Below, piece by piece: positions 1 to 12,667 of a stretch of DNA of 59,103 nucleotides; positions within the stretch are counted from its first letter, which is position 1; each line of letters begins with the position of its first letter. Both the position numbers and the translations under genes were made by a program. The stretch lies in the NCBI GenBank assembly GCA_021432655.1, contig MU271442.1, forward strand, positions 1 to 59,103. Direction: 5' to 3'. The notes under the pieces are model-generated. The model was not told the origin of the DNA. It was given only the letters and a program-made list of their open reading frames with translations, and did not search any database. Source of the stretch: Atractiella rhizophila (Eukaryota).

Positions 1-1931
1 CGAGGAGGCGATTAGGCAGAAAATAGAAGACGAGAAAAAGGCAGCAGAGAATGAGAAGAAGATGAAGGAGCTCATGGTACGTTCATGCCTTCTCAGACGT
101 AGTTTATTTGACTTAAAATGTGTGCAGGAGGAACAGCAGAAGAAGGCCAAAGAAATGGCGATTAAAGCCGCTGAGTTCGTCTTGTCTGATTCATGACGAA
201 AACTGTTCTCACGCCTGCGGTCAGGGTGACACGTATTGAAGCAATGGCGAGACGTGCGGCGGAAGAGAAGGAACGGTCAGAAAAGGCCGCACGTCGACAG
301 AAGGAGATTGATGCCCGAGATCGACGACACGCCATGGCCCTCCTCCGCACACCTACCACTGTCAACCTCGGGTCTCCTAACCTTGACTTAGACCTCGATG
401 ACTTTGACGTGGATTTCGATGACAGCGACAGTGATCGAACAGCTTCACCTGTGCTCGACCTTCTCGATGATAGGCTAGAACGCTCTATCGAGCCCATGAT
501 CCCCACCTCGAGCGCGAAGATCTGCCTGCCTCCACCCCAGCCATCGATTTCACCTTTGAAGCGTCCATTTTCTCCAGCTAAAGGTCCCGTGATGACATCC
601 CCTCCATTCTCACCAGCTAAAGGTCCAGTGATGACCCCTGGCCATTTCTCTCCGATTACAGGCCCCGTCACCACAGCGGCTCCTCTAGCTTTCTCTCCTG
701 CTTTTGGCTTTACCCCTCCAGATAAAAAAGCGTTGCTTCCCGGTCACCAATCTCCTTGGATAGGGAGTGACAGGAGGAGCAAAGGGGGTCTTAGTCCGAG
801 TGAACTGCTCGCTGGAGTTTCTTCGCCAGGGTGGGAGCCGGATGACCATCCCGGATTCGGCATGAATAGAGCTTCTCCCCCTCTCATCTCAAATTCGTCT
901 CCTAACGGTCTCCTCAGAGGAAAGGGAAGTAGTGCAGGTTCACCCCATCCGTCCATTTCCGCACCAACTCGCTCCATTGAGTCCGTTCTTGCACCAGTGA
1001 TGTTAACGACGTCACCGTACAAGTCTCCAGTTCCGCCTCAAAGGTCACCAAGCGCTCTTTTCACTCCTCCAGCAGCCAACAACTTCGGAATGGGGAGTCC
1101 AATGCCTAGTCCTAGCCAAATTGTCATCGTTTCCAGTCCGACGGGTAAGCTCTTCTGTTCGAACAAACCTTAGCTCAACACTTCTTCATTGTAGTCCCTG
1201 GTTATCGCATAACGCATACACTGGGTCAGTGTTGGGGGACCGCATACATTCCCATCTCACCGGACGAGAATCTACCTGCATTACTAAATGGCATGGATGA
1301 ACGAGCGCAACAGTTGACACAGGCAGGCAGAAGAGACGCTGTGAAAGGCTTGCTGAACGAAGCTGAAGCGATGCGTGCCATGGGTCTCATCAACTTGAGA
1401 TTCAGCGCTCCAGTTCCGTCTGGCGTTTCGGAGGTGAGCTTCTTGTGTCTCCCTCGACATGGTGATTGACGACCGTTTAGGTGCAATTCAATGCTTCAGG
1501 TACAGGTACGCGAATTTCCTTGTCTAAATAATGAGTTAGTCTCATCGATTTTGCCTCCAATAGCTGTGATGCTAGAGCGGCTACCTGAAACGAAGGAAAC
1601 CTTGCCGCCTGCCAATTACCTCACACCACGCCACAACCCTCTTCCTCCTTCCACAATCTCGGATACTCCAAGCCCGAGGAATTTTACCTTACCAGATTCA
1701 TTCGATTCATTCTCTCCCCCGATGTCGTCCAAACGACCCTCACCCAGCGAATCCAATCTTATATCCCCCCTGACTGATTCGCCGTTCTCTTCCCCCCCGA
1801 CGACTTTGGCAAGTTTGACGGAACGTCTAAATCAAAAGCCATTGGACGCTTGGGCGCCAGCAAAGATGCTTATCAGAGATTCCAGCCCTGCCCGAACTCC
1901 GGGTGGGAAAGGTGTTTATCTTCTTGACTAG
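1..1931 (+). CDS. 5'-partial protein: charged coiled coil, long Ser-Pro-rich region, YbjQ/UPF0145 (putative heavy-metal-binding) domain, Ser/Pro-rich tail
   Basis: GT-AG introns at 77-127, 175-224, 1145-1194, 1434-1480 and 1506-1563 join the ORFs in frame. The spliced segment IVIVSSPTVPGYRITHTLGQCWG...RRDAVKGLLNEAEAMRAMGLINLRF...VQFNASGTAV matches the YbjQ pattern (TT.tv.G..I...lG....G...AR..A...m...A...GA.av.g......a.GTAV). Confidence 0.75.
565..681 (+). repeat. Three imperfect 39-nt coding tandem repeats (13 aa: PFSPAKGPVMTSP / PFSPAKGPVMTPG / HFSPITGPVTTAA)
   Basis: Directly visible in the DNA and in ORF 193..1173. Confidence 0.9.
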
Positions 1932-2489
1932 ATTATCCCTTTTTCAAACCTTGGATCATGACACCTTTCCGGGTATACGAAGAACGATATGTTTCCTGCT
2001 TTACCTACTAGCCCCTTTTAAGTGCAGTTCGGTTGGTTTTTTGTTGTTGATCAAGTTAGTGCTTTAGGATAATAGTCGTTTTTGCCACTTTTCTCTATGT
2101 TATGAGCTTGACGTCAACATTTCCCTTTCCTCTCCTGCTTCTTGGTTCCAAAGTTCACTCACTGCTGTTGCATCTTCAATCCTCATTTCTCAGTCTTAGT
2201 TACGTTAACACCCGCACGAGAGTCCCTGCATGTGTCTTGCTTGCTTTGCGTGATAGATAATCTAGTGAACCCATGTAGAGGATATGACCCGTGTAGTGAG
2301 CTTCATTGTAAATCAGTGCTACATTCAAGAGTAACATAAGACGTCACAAGAAATGAAGTATGGGACAACCTGCGGACTCGGATGTCAAGAGGAAAATGTA
2401 TCTGGCTGAGACAATGCTCAGTTTTGAAGGTAAAAGCACAGGGCATGTTGTACACCTGGAGACCAATGAGATGCAAGAAGAAGGGCTGT

Positions 2490-3103
2490 TCATCCCTGTT
2501 GAGCTGCTAATTCAGCTTCTTGCTGTGCAGCATCTGTTCCGACGGCGGTCTGAGCCTTTGTCCGAGTGAAGTTAGAGAGAGAAGTGCTCACACTTAGCGG
2601 CTAATTTAGCCTCTGCTTGATGAATAGCCTCAAGTTCCCTGGCATATCGTTCTTGCCTTTGATAAATTTTGGTCAGATGCAGAAGGGTCAAGGACGACAG
2701 GACGAACATCATTCGCATCCTCATCCGCTCAGCATTAGATGCATTCCACGACTGGGTCCTCAACCCTTGGGTTCCGCCACGGTATTGAGCCATGTTGGGC
2801 TGCTCTACTGGAGCCATTTCTTCTGCAAGTCTTTCTTCCAGGATTTGGATCCTGTCGACACAGCAAGATCGATCAGCCATCCTTCTACGCATTGGAGTGA
2901 TCACCGTACCGAGTGTTCAGCTCCTCGATATGGCGTTCTGACGATCCAGGGGCCCTTTGTTACACCAGGCGTCAGTACGAGCTTCATCAAGGCGCTAACA
3001 AACGAGAAGGAACGGACCGCCATGTGTTTGCTGATACAGCAAACTTGTTGACCTTGGGCCGTGGTGGCGCTTCATCGTCAAAATCGCTGGCTTTCCCACA
3101 CAT
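2490..3103 (-). CDS. Small hypothetical protein (~127 aa, 5 exons), helical/coiled-coil C-terminus, starts MCGK
   Basis: Four short introns with GTCCGT, GTACGG, GTTCGT and GTGAGC donors give one continuous frame MCGKASDFDDEAPPRPK...AAQQEAELAAQQG*. No family recognised. Confidence 0.65.
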
Positions 3104-3923
3104 TTCGTACTGATATTTTGAGTAAATTATTTACGGGTGCTATAGGTCGCAGTGGGATTCCCAGGGTATAGATTAACTGTTCCAAATATTTTGAACACAA
3201 ATTGGAGCGTACGAGCTTGCGCGTTCAACAAACAGATGACCAAAGTCCTAAACCCCCAAGTTTTTTTGCCTGGACCTAACGACTAACGATGGTGCTTCGT
3301 GAGTAGCTGCAAGCTGCAAGACCTCGGCGTAATGTTTGGACTAGGGTATTGGGCACAGATCTTGGAATGCAAACGGTGCGTTAACCTCCGACGCTTGGAG
3401 CCAGGATCACGTGCTAGGGTAGTGTGGTACCCCTCAATGTCGAGCTCATCTTCAAGCCTCAAGCTTCAGGAACTTGAGTTGGCTGCTCGCTAGTGATTAA
3501 ATAATTAGTGCAAATTGAACTCTAAGGTTTCCGATAATCAATGGTGCGTCCTCCAGCCCTCCTTCTGTAACGCGTCCCAGCACCAGCAGGATCAAGAGAT
3601 ACAATCACAAATCCCGATATTCTATTAAAATCGTTTTTCGCCACCAAACCATGTTCAACATTGCGAGACGCAAGCAAAGGAAAGCTTTTGCTCTTGCCGA
3701 AGTTTATAGGCTTCATAAGAAACTCTTCCCAGACACCCAAAGTGCTTGGATAAGAGTGAGATCGAGACACTCTGACAACGCAGTATACCTTATGTAACTT
3801 TCAGCTGAATGCAGAAAAGGGACTGACAATAATTTTGAATAACCCTGAAAAAACTACTTTCCCCAAACCGTTCCGAACCCTGGTTCCCCCTTTATTTCTA
3901 CATCTATCGACTTTACAGTTGTC

Positions 3924-4921
3924 ATGGATAATAGAGTGAAAGCCTCAGATTCAGGGGTTGCCAATACGAAAACATCCGACGAAGGGGACCTCAATGAAAA
4001 AAGGCAAAAGCTTCTAGAGGTATTGTTGTCAGCTGTAGCGAATTATGCTAACAAGAACGTAGTCGCTCTATTCTCTATCAGAACTCTCTTTATTCTATGA
4101 TCCCGACGGAGGTCAGAATACTTTCAACTTGGAGCAAGAGACACGAAGTTTAGTCTCTCGATTCAACGCCATAAATGTAGCACAGTCGACTCCAGCCCTT
4201 CCCGACCAACCTCCTTACGCCCTAACAAATCATTCTGCACTTGAGGAGCAAACGTTTCGACGATTGAAGGATACGATCGCGCAATACGAAGCGCTGCATC
4301 TTGAGGACTTAAGGGCACAGTCCGAGCTTGAAAAGTCCCTACAGGATGCGGAAAACAACATTCTCGATGCTAAAGCCCTGGAGCAGGAGCTGCGAAGCCA
4401 GATAGAGGAGAGGCACACTCAGACGTCAGTTTTCATCCAGTTTTGGATTCACATTGGTGACTGTCAATTCAGCCGAGAGGAGCTTCAGACTGAGATAGAA
4501 ACGTTAGAATCGCGTATCTCGGACTTTGTAGACCGGATGAGCTTGAATGTTCTTGCTGAGCAAGGGAGAAAAAATACTCTGCCGGTTGGACTTCCCCTCT
4601 CAGTTGTATCGCTAAGCTGAGATGAGAGGTCGAAATAGGGATTACAACGATACTTTGTTACACAAGGCACATCGACAGATGCAGAGGCCCGAACTAGAGT
4701 CTCCGAAAAAGCAGAGGCAATGAAAAAGTTCCTCGAGGTCTGTGCCACATCACTCCCCAACACAAACGCTTAATGTGAAACAGAAAATTTTACAATCGTC
4801 AATACTCGACCCTGAAAAATGGGTAGAAGAGACCGAAACCGAGCAAGGGTTGATAGCAGTTATGGAAAGTGCAGGGATCGTCGAACGATTCCCAGATGAA
4901 AAGAAGTTTAGACTCCTCTAG
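3924..4921 (+). CDS. CENP-K / Sim4 / Mcm22-like inner kinetochore (CCAN) protein, 268 aa
   Basis: Exons 3924-4019, 4063-4424, 4473-4584, 4639-4737, 4784-4921. Central coiled coil. The C-terminus MKKFLEKILQSSILDPEKWVE...LIAVMESAGIVERFPDEKKFRLL* resembles the CENP-K C-terminal motif (LE.L......P..YV.......LL..GI..RHP.D..RIRL). Confidence 0.65.
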
Positions 4922-4954
4922 CGCGGTGGCAACAATGCAGGCAACCGTGGTGCA

Positions 4955-6422
4955 TCAGCAGTCGATCTCTGCCAAATCATCATCGTTCAGATCACCCCAA
5001 TCATTCTCATTGTCCCCTTCCTCCTTGAGTGTGGAGCACTGTAAGGAGGCAGAAGGCCCCTCCTTCACTTCGTTCCTCACTATTGTAGATGAGGAAGATG
5101 AAGCAGCACCTTCAACTTTCACTCGTTTCGCCGGCGGAGCGTCATCACCAGAAGAGGGCTTCCCATCTCGGCTTGCTCTATCCGTCGCTTTGATGTGCTC
5201 CCGTAACTCTAGAATACTGGCCATCTTGAGTTCAGATCGTTTGCCCCATCCTTCCTGTTGAGGACGGAAGTCGAGATAGAGCCCATAACCAATCTAGTTT
5301 TGGATCGTTAGATCTTCGTAATGACAAAACAAATATGCACCTCATTGAGCCTTGAGGGATCGATGGACATAGCAAGTAGTCGAAGCGAGCCAAGGACGAC
5401 ACCCATTTGTTGGCGGAAGGAACGTTGGATATAGCCAAATCCTGCTGCGGGTTCGACAAGCGTTCCTTTCACGATGGCTCTCCACTCTTCGGACTGTAAA
5501 GAAAGGACAGGAACCTGTAGGGATGTGGTCAGAAAAATAGTAGTAGCTATGAGAAGGGATATCATGACGTACTTTGCGTCCCATTAACTCAACGACAGGT
5601 TGGGAATCAGGAATCTTCTCCACTATGATTTCCGAATCAGTTTTTTTCGGAGAAATACCCAAATATGTCGCTTTAGAGGTGGCGTTCATCTCTGTGTAAG
5701 CATGGGCTGAAAACGAGAGTCAGAATCCACAAATATATTCAACAGTACAGACCAATTGACAGAGCTTCTTCCCGGTTGAATCCGAGCCTTTCAGCAACCA
5801 CTGTAGCCCAGGCAGTCATCACTGGTGCTCTGTTAACCACTACAGACTGGGTTTGCAGGATCTGTCGAAGAATGAACAATTCAAACAGAGACGACCTGAG
5901 TACGCACCGTCTCGTCCAGGATCTCGTTAAAGTCCAGAGAAGTTCGAATTTCGGAATGTCTGGACGGTGCAGAATTTGGCAATGGACGATCGAGGTCGAC
6001 ATCTCGGCTGAATCCTTGGTCCCGTTTCCTCTTCTTTGGCTGGTTGCTGGGCTTATCTGCTGTTGAAATTTGCTGAGACGCTAGTCAGTTCAGAAACCTA
6101 GGGTCGTATCAAAATTAAAACGCGCCTTTCGTCGATTCCCCATCCCCCATTTCTGGCCTCCAGCCTTCATTACACCTTTTTGGTCCTCTTCATTCGAAAT
6201 GCCCAGCTGTAATAGATCATTGGGAGTAATGGCGGACAATTTCTAGTAGGAGATCAGATCGATTCAGCTGTTATGGCAGGTATTTACTTCTTCGGAGTCA
6301 AATTTTGCGGGAATTAACTTTGAGGCGAGCGACATTGCTTTCGACATCGAGAGGTCCCCCTTCGCCGTCAACAGCTTCAAAAATTGGGGCAAAGAAAGAT
6401 TCTGCTTATTCTTGGTAGACAT
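4955..6422 (-). CDS. Conserved hypothetical protein: SAM-like N-terminus, basic NLS (PKKRKR), conserved 'NRAPV..AWA.VVAERLGF...EALS' domain, acidic tail
   Basis: Multi-exon reconstruction starting MSTKNKQNLSLPQFLKLL. Includes a GC-AG intron at 6073-6125. Later motifs VELMGRKVP and GYGLYLDFRP..EGWG resemble an uncharacterised family I recall from fungi and bacteria. Confidence 0.7.
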
Positions 6423-6698
6423 CTGGACGTGCAAGTTGATTCTGTCGTAGAACGGTGTGCACTAATGGTAATGGGAAATGACATGGAATGTTGCGAATGA
6501 AATGACTTGAAATGTCACGTGATTCCACTATTGCTTGACCCTTCCGCTTCCTTCACAGTGAGTCAGATTCAATTTCATGAACACAGTTATGATTATCTTG
6601 CATCTGTAAACAAAGTACCGAACATGCATTTGAAACGCAGTCTTGACTCAGAGAAAGCAGGCAGACAGGCATGGGACACCAGAGACAGAGAAGACACA

Positions 6699-9300
6699 CT
6701 AAACGAATATGGAGCCAAGATATGTTTCGAAATCCAAGATGGCTCCATCTGGTTGCTCTCCTTCCTCTGATGTCCCATTGACTTCGAGCTGAGGCATAGA
6801 CTCTTTCAGATACTCGATTACTTGGTCTGGTACCATCGCTAATCGTAGATCAAGCTCTGTTACGTATGGCTGGAGGAAGTAATGAATCAACTGTTTGAGA
6901 TAGGAAACGGGACTGACTTTGTCACCAGAGATTCCACGGAAAGAGGCTCGAACCTGATCTGACGACTTGGTGTCTTCTGTGATCTCAACCAGGAATGAAC
7001 TGAAGGCTTCGAAGGTCACACGACCTTCCTCATTCCCGATTCGTTGATGAATATTGTCAATTTCGGCATCCTAGAATGCACAGACGTGAGTGAAAGAGAA
7101 TAAAGTCGGGAAAGAATTTTACAGAGTAAACGATGGATAAACTGGCCAGGGCTGCCTGGAACTCGTGAATGTCCAGCGTATTGCTCTCGTCCTTGTCAAA
7201 GTAACGGAAAGTGCTTTCAAATTCTTCCAACTGCGCAGGAGTAAGATTCGTCATGCTCCTCGAGACAACCTGTTAAGTTTGGCGTCAGCCTCCTCCAAGG
7301 ATCCACAACCTCTTGCCTGATTCTCGATAAATGCGATCTTCTTCGTCACGCTTTTCTGCACCAATCCCAGTTCAAATTCTAGATCCTCATAGGTGTAAAC
7401 GGTATAATCGTTCTCCTCCACATTCGCTTCGATACATTGCTTCTCGACGGACGCAATCTCGATCAGTTGGTCTTGAATGAGGGGTAGACGAGCTTGCAAT
7501 CCCTTCACACGCACCAGTTGCGAGTCGAGCGAGCCTTCTAACGCGCTGATCTCTTCTGAAATTCGAAAAAGATTAGCTTCGCACGAGTTGGCCAGTTCGG
7601 CAAATCGTTTCCGCAGCTCCTCTTTTATTCTGTCATCAGGGATCAGTCGTCTGTAAGGAGGAAAGAGAATAGGAGGCTCACTGCCGGATCTTGGCGTTGA
7701 TTTCCTTACTACGTTCTTTCTCGGCATTCAGCATCTCCTCCCACAGCGCGTCCATGTCCTGCAAATGGTTCAATTTTGTTGAACCTATGAATGGAGAGCG
7801 TACCGACAGTCGGACACCATCAGGAGGCCGATAATCCCTCAAATTATACGTCTTGAGTTTTACTCCAATGTTCCCCAAGAGGGTAACGACCTCTGTCTTC
7901 TGCTCGACCCATTCCCGCTTCTTCGTCTTCTTGTGCTCGTGAAAAGCCGCCTGGGTGGCTTTTAAGGCCGAATAAGGCGGCATTGGAGGTTTCGAAGACC
8001 AATCTTGGAGGAGGGAACGGATGGAAGAGAGGAGCTCGGACATTCGACGCTCGTAGTCGTTCATCGACAGCCAGACGGATTGCATGTGCTCTGCGAAGGC
8101 GGCGACGCGCCGAGCCTCCGCTTCTGTTTTGTCTGTGCAGTCGATAGCCATAAGGAGCAGATCAGGAGAAAGATAGGCCACGCACTCATGGATGAGAAGG
8201 CGTGGAAGAATTGAGCAACGTAGGTCATTACGGAGCGCTCATCGGGTTTTGCCGAGTTGCACAGATCGGAGACTTCCAATAGTTGCTAATCCACCATGTT
8301 AAGGCTATTCAAGAAGTAAGCGAAAAAGGAAGCGCACTGGGATACCCAAATACTTTTCTGCAACCTGAAACGCAAGGCGAGTGTTCTCGTGCGCAGCTTG
8401 CTTGTCCAGTTGAGGGTAGTTGATAAGGTCGGGTCGATGGCGATGTATGAGAGCACAAAGTGCGAGACCATCTTTCCAGGAGTCGGAAAAGTTTTGGATG
8501 TCAACTTCCTGATATCCCTGGGTCTTGCGCTGGCACCATAGGAGTAGACCTTCCTTCGCAGTAAGACCCTCCTCGCTGTTCAAAATCAGCTTTCCTGTTC
8601 GTAGTAGCAGAGACAACCCACTTGATATCTGCGATAGTGAAGCGCAGAATTAACGTCCAGATCATTCCGAGTATTAATTTACGGTTCCCATCGATGATAT
8701 CTATCTTTAAGTGAGCTGTCATCAACTGTGTCTCGCGCCTAATGAGGATGCTTACCTTCTGGACCTATGTTGGTGAGAACAACGCCTCTTGAGCGTATGA
8801 AGTCAAGAGCCTTCACCACGTTCTCGGCTTTTTGCACTCGAAGCTTGGGCTTGAGGGAGTAGCGACCCAACGAAGTGTTACCCATAATTTCCTGCGTTCC
8901 CAGTGAGCTTTGCACCATATGAATACCTCGAAGAACTACCATAAGCTGGATGAGCTTTACACCGTCAGACAGGTCCTTCCCCAAATCCGACATGGGTGTA
9001 ATGCCTCTCAGCTCAAGTTTAGCATTCAACCTATGCGCATGCAAACCAATGATCCCAATTCCTCCAAAGAAGCGGGAGAGCGTACCATTTGCAGAAAGTG
9101 CGCTCCTGGACGTCTTCAAGCTCTTTTACCGCTCCACCGCCTTGATCAGAGCCGAAAGTAGGCGACATGGGGAAGGGAGGAGACTGATTGGAAGTTGGGG
9201 AGAATGCGATGGAGATGGAGTTGGGTCGTGAGTGTGTAGGGCGACCTCCCATGGCGTGCGAGATGGTGTTGGACCGCTCGGGACGTTCTGGACGCGCCAT
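6699..9300 (-). CDS. AIN1: Alpha-actinin-like actin-bundling protein
   Basis: CH1 ([11 protein letters not shown]...[13 protein letters not shown]...[10 protein letters not shown]...[25 protein letters not shown]), CH2 ([13 protein letters not shown]...[23 protein letters not shown]...[17 protein letters not shown]), spectrin-like repeats and EF-hand ([13 protein letters not shown]). About 10 introns. Confidence 0.95.
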
Positions 9301-9510
9301 CTTGCAGGATCATTCACTGTGTCCTGTTGTTTCTCCAAGCAGGGAAGTTGTTCGATGAAGGGCAAAAATGAGACAAAAAAGAGTCAGAAACTGGACAAAA
9401 GACGTGCAAAAGCGAGTCAACGCAAACGACAAAAACAACGTCATTTTTGCCACGATCTTTGTGTGAGCCCCACCAACAAGCGACCAAAGCTGGCCAACGT
9501 TTGAGCTGTC

Positions 9511-12424
9511 ATGAACTTGTTCACCAGTGGTAAGTACATATTTTCGTGCCAACTGCGCTAATACGCTTGGGAGCAGTCTATAAAGCAGCCTTTGGCTCCA
9601 CAGAACCCGCGAAAGAACGGGGTCCCACGCTCACTGGATCCTTCTTTTTGCATCGAAAAGCTGGCCTTAGAAACCCGCGAGAATGCTTGTCCGTCCTTCA
9701 AGACGCGTGAATCTGTTATCTAACCGTTTTCTAGGCTTATCAACGGCGTTCTCTCCATCAGAGATCACGGCAACTTCACCCATGTGCTTGTTGTGGAACC
9801 TGCGCTGGAGGAAGGACAGGAGGAGCTATTAGACGATGACAGCAGCACCAGTGCGTCTTTTGTCTTCTTTGCTATAAATGTGGGAACATGGTGTTTCAGC
9901 CGGACGCGAATATACCTGCCCTCTCTCCAGCGCATTGCGTCTACGAGGACCAGATCTGAAAGACCTGTCGGATCTCGGTTTACAGTACGCCATAACCTGG
10001 TCTGCATCAGAGGGGGACAAGAATTCCGACACTTCTGAACGTTATGAATTCATGTGTCCAGACGACACGGAAGGAATCCAAGAGTTCGAAAGGCACTTGT
10101 GGAACTGCCTCTATGAGAGCGAGACAAAGTCACCCGCGAAGGCGTCTGAGGTGGAGAGGTGGAGAAAGAGCGAAACAGGACTGTTTAGGTATAGCAGCGA
10201 GGAGGAAAGTTCGGAGGAGGAAGACGAGGAAGATGAGGTTGAAGATGCGCGTGAGGAGCCAGAGGAGGAGGGAAGCGACGCGGAACTCGCGAATGAATTG
10301 ATGACCAAGGCGACGGTTTCTGACAAAGGGAAGGGGAAAGCCAAGGAAAAGGATGTAGGATCGAAGGATGACCTGCCACCTCTTCCTGCTGCTCAACCTC
10401 CAGACGACGCCAAAATCATTCAACAGTTTGTGGGCGATGTTTTCCAATACGTGGGACCAGAGTTCAAACCGAGAGACCATGGATCCAGCTGCCATTTCCT
10501 CGCAAAGAAGGGTGTCGGTAAGAAGTTCATTCTACGACACTTGATATCGTTGCCTGATGAGCACTACAGTTTATTTCGTAATTTACAGCGGCGAAATGAC
10601 AACCCGTGGCAAACCTCTCGTCAGCGTCAGTCTAACTGAAGAGGACGACGCAGACTCTTGGACCTTTAATGATACGGCGAATTTCGTTTCGTTCAACGTG
10701 AAAGGCGAGGTGACAATTGGCATCATCTTCAAAAAGGAAGATTTTGAGCGTGTCCGAGAGGTCTTCGTTGGGTGCATGTTCAATTATAAGAACGGACCTG
10801 GGCAGTGGGAGAAGCTGAAGGGGACGGAGCAGGCATATCTGAAGGAGAGTTATGTTGATGTTCTTATGGAGGAAGAGGACAGCGAGGAATCACAGGAGGA
10901 GGATCAAGTAGAAGACAACGATGAAGAAAGTAAGCTGGCTCCCGTTTAGCATCTTAAAGATTCATATTCATTATGGCGTGTGAAGCCGAAGAGAGCGAAG
11001 AGGAGGAGGACGAGCCAGAACCTGTCCCAGGCGAGAAAAATGCGAACCTTGAAATAGGGTACAAGGATCGCACTTTTGTGACGCGGTGAGTTCCAGTGTC
11101 TCTATGCACTTGTTACTCTGCTGATGTGCCAATGTGAAGGGGTAACATGGTTGGAGTGTTCAGCAACGACAATGAGGGGAAAAAGCTTCAGTTCGTCACC
11201 AACATAGCAAACATTCGAGACAAAAAGAACCGAGCCATCCTACCCGACAAAGTCATGCTCCATCAACAAGACACGAATCTCATCCTCAAAGATCCACTTC
11301 GGCCAGACACCCTGTACATGCTAGACCTGGAGACTGGCAAAATCGCAGACGAAATGCGAGTCTCAGAGGACATGATAGTAAAGACATTTGCTCCCAACGC
11401 CAAATTCGCTCAGCAGGATCCGGAGCAAACCTTCACCGGCCTTTCGTCTAACACCATCTTCAGAGTGGACCCACGGTTGGGTGGTGATCGAATCGTTGGC
11501 GCTGAAAGCAAGACGTACTCGGGAAAGCCACTCTTCTCCTCGGTTGCGACTACTGGGGCTGGTGGGATTGCGTTGGCGAGCGAAAAAGGAGAGATCAAGC
11601 TCTTTGATCGGTTAGGAATCAGGGCTAAGACTGCTCTACCTGGAAGCGGAGAGCCCATCACTGCAGTGGATGTGAGTGCAGACGGTAAATATTTGGTCGT
11701 CACGGTATGCTCTCCCTCTCTTGTGGGAGCCATCGTCATTGAGGTGTCAAAATAGGGCAAGGACCACTTGCTGTTCATAGATACCACGATCAGGGAAGGC
11801 AAGAACAAGGACGAAAGTGGCTTCAACAAGTCTTTCCCTGCAGATGCGAAGCCAAAGCCAATCAGACTCAAGCTCAAACCTGAGCATCGTCTCATGATGG
11901 GAGGCGATAGCGTCTCCTTTACCCCTGCAAAGTACCTATCGCTCTTCCTTCCTGTCTCCGTCCTGACAGACATGTGTAGGTTCAACACAGGCAAAGATCT
12001 CAAGGAATCGTCCATCGTCACCTCTACTGGACCTTTCGTCCTAACATGGAATGTGCGCCGCGTTATTAACGGTCATACTGAGTACAGAATATCAAAGTGC
12101 GCTCCCCCTCTATTAACAGAACCATCTTGATAGTTATGCCTCAGGTTTAATGATAACGTCGTTGCTGAGAATTTCCGGTTCGGAGGGGATAAAGAAATTG
12201 TGAGCACTCTTTATTCTTCTTGCAGTTGTTTTCTGACAATCCTTCCAGATTGTCACTCTCCCATCTCAGGTGTTGAAAGCCCAGAGCAGCACGTTTACCC
12301 GTTCGCTTTTTGTCGCTCTCCAGCTGCTCCCGCTTCTGCTGACGTTTCAATAGAACCGACAACTGAGGCTTTAACTCGTCGATCAGGACGCAGAGGAGAA
12401 GGAATCGTGAAGAAATGGTCCTGA
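9511..12424 (+). CDS. VID27: Vacuolar import and degradation protein Vid27 (PH-like domains plus C-terminal beta-propeller)
   Basis: Spliced protein contains ALEEGQEELL, HLWNCLYE, acidic linkers, KVMLHQQDTNLIL, LYMLDLETGKIADE, FRVDPRL, GEIKLFDRLGIRAKTALPG.GEPI..VDVSADGKY and FNTG...ESSIVTSTGPFV.TWN. Confidence 0.93.
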
Positions 12425-12667
12425 CGGTCTAATCCTGAGAAGTGTAGATATGCTGCTATTATAGATATGGGTGTTTTGGGCTCCGTTGTGTGGTCATGGT
12501 TTGCTTCAAATTCTGCTTTGTTTCGCCTGATCTTCAAAGTATGAGAGTCATCAATGTAATCCTAGGCTTCATGCCGGTGTCGATACAAATACAATGCAAT
12601 ACCAAAGGAATTTTTGTACATTTTGTGGAACGGTAAAGGAGCGGTCATCCACTCACAGCTGGGACCG

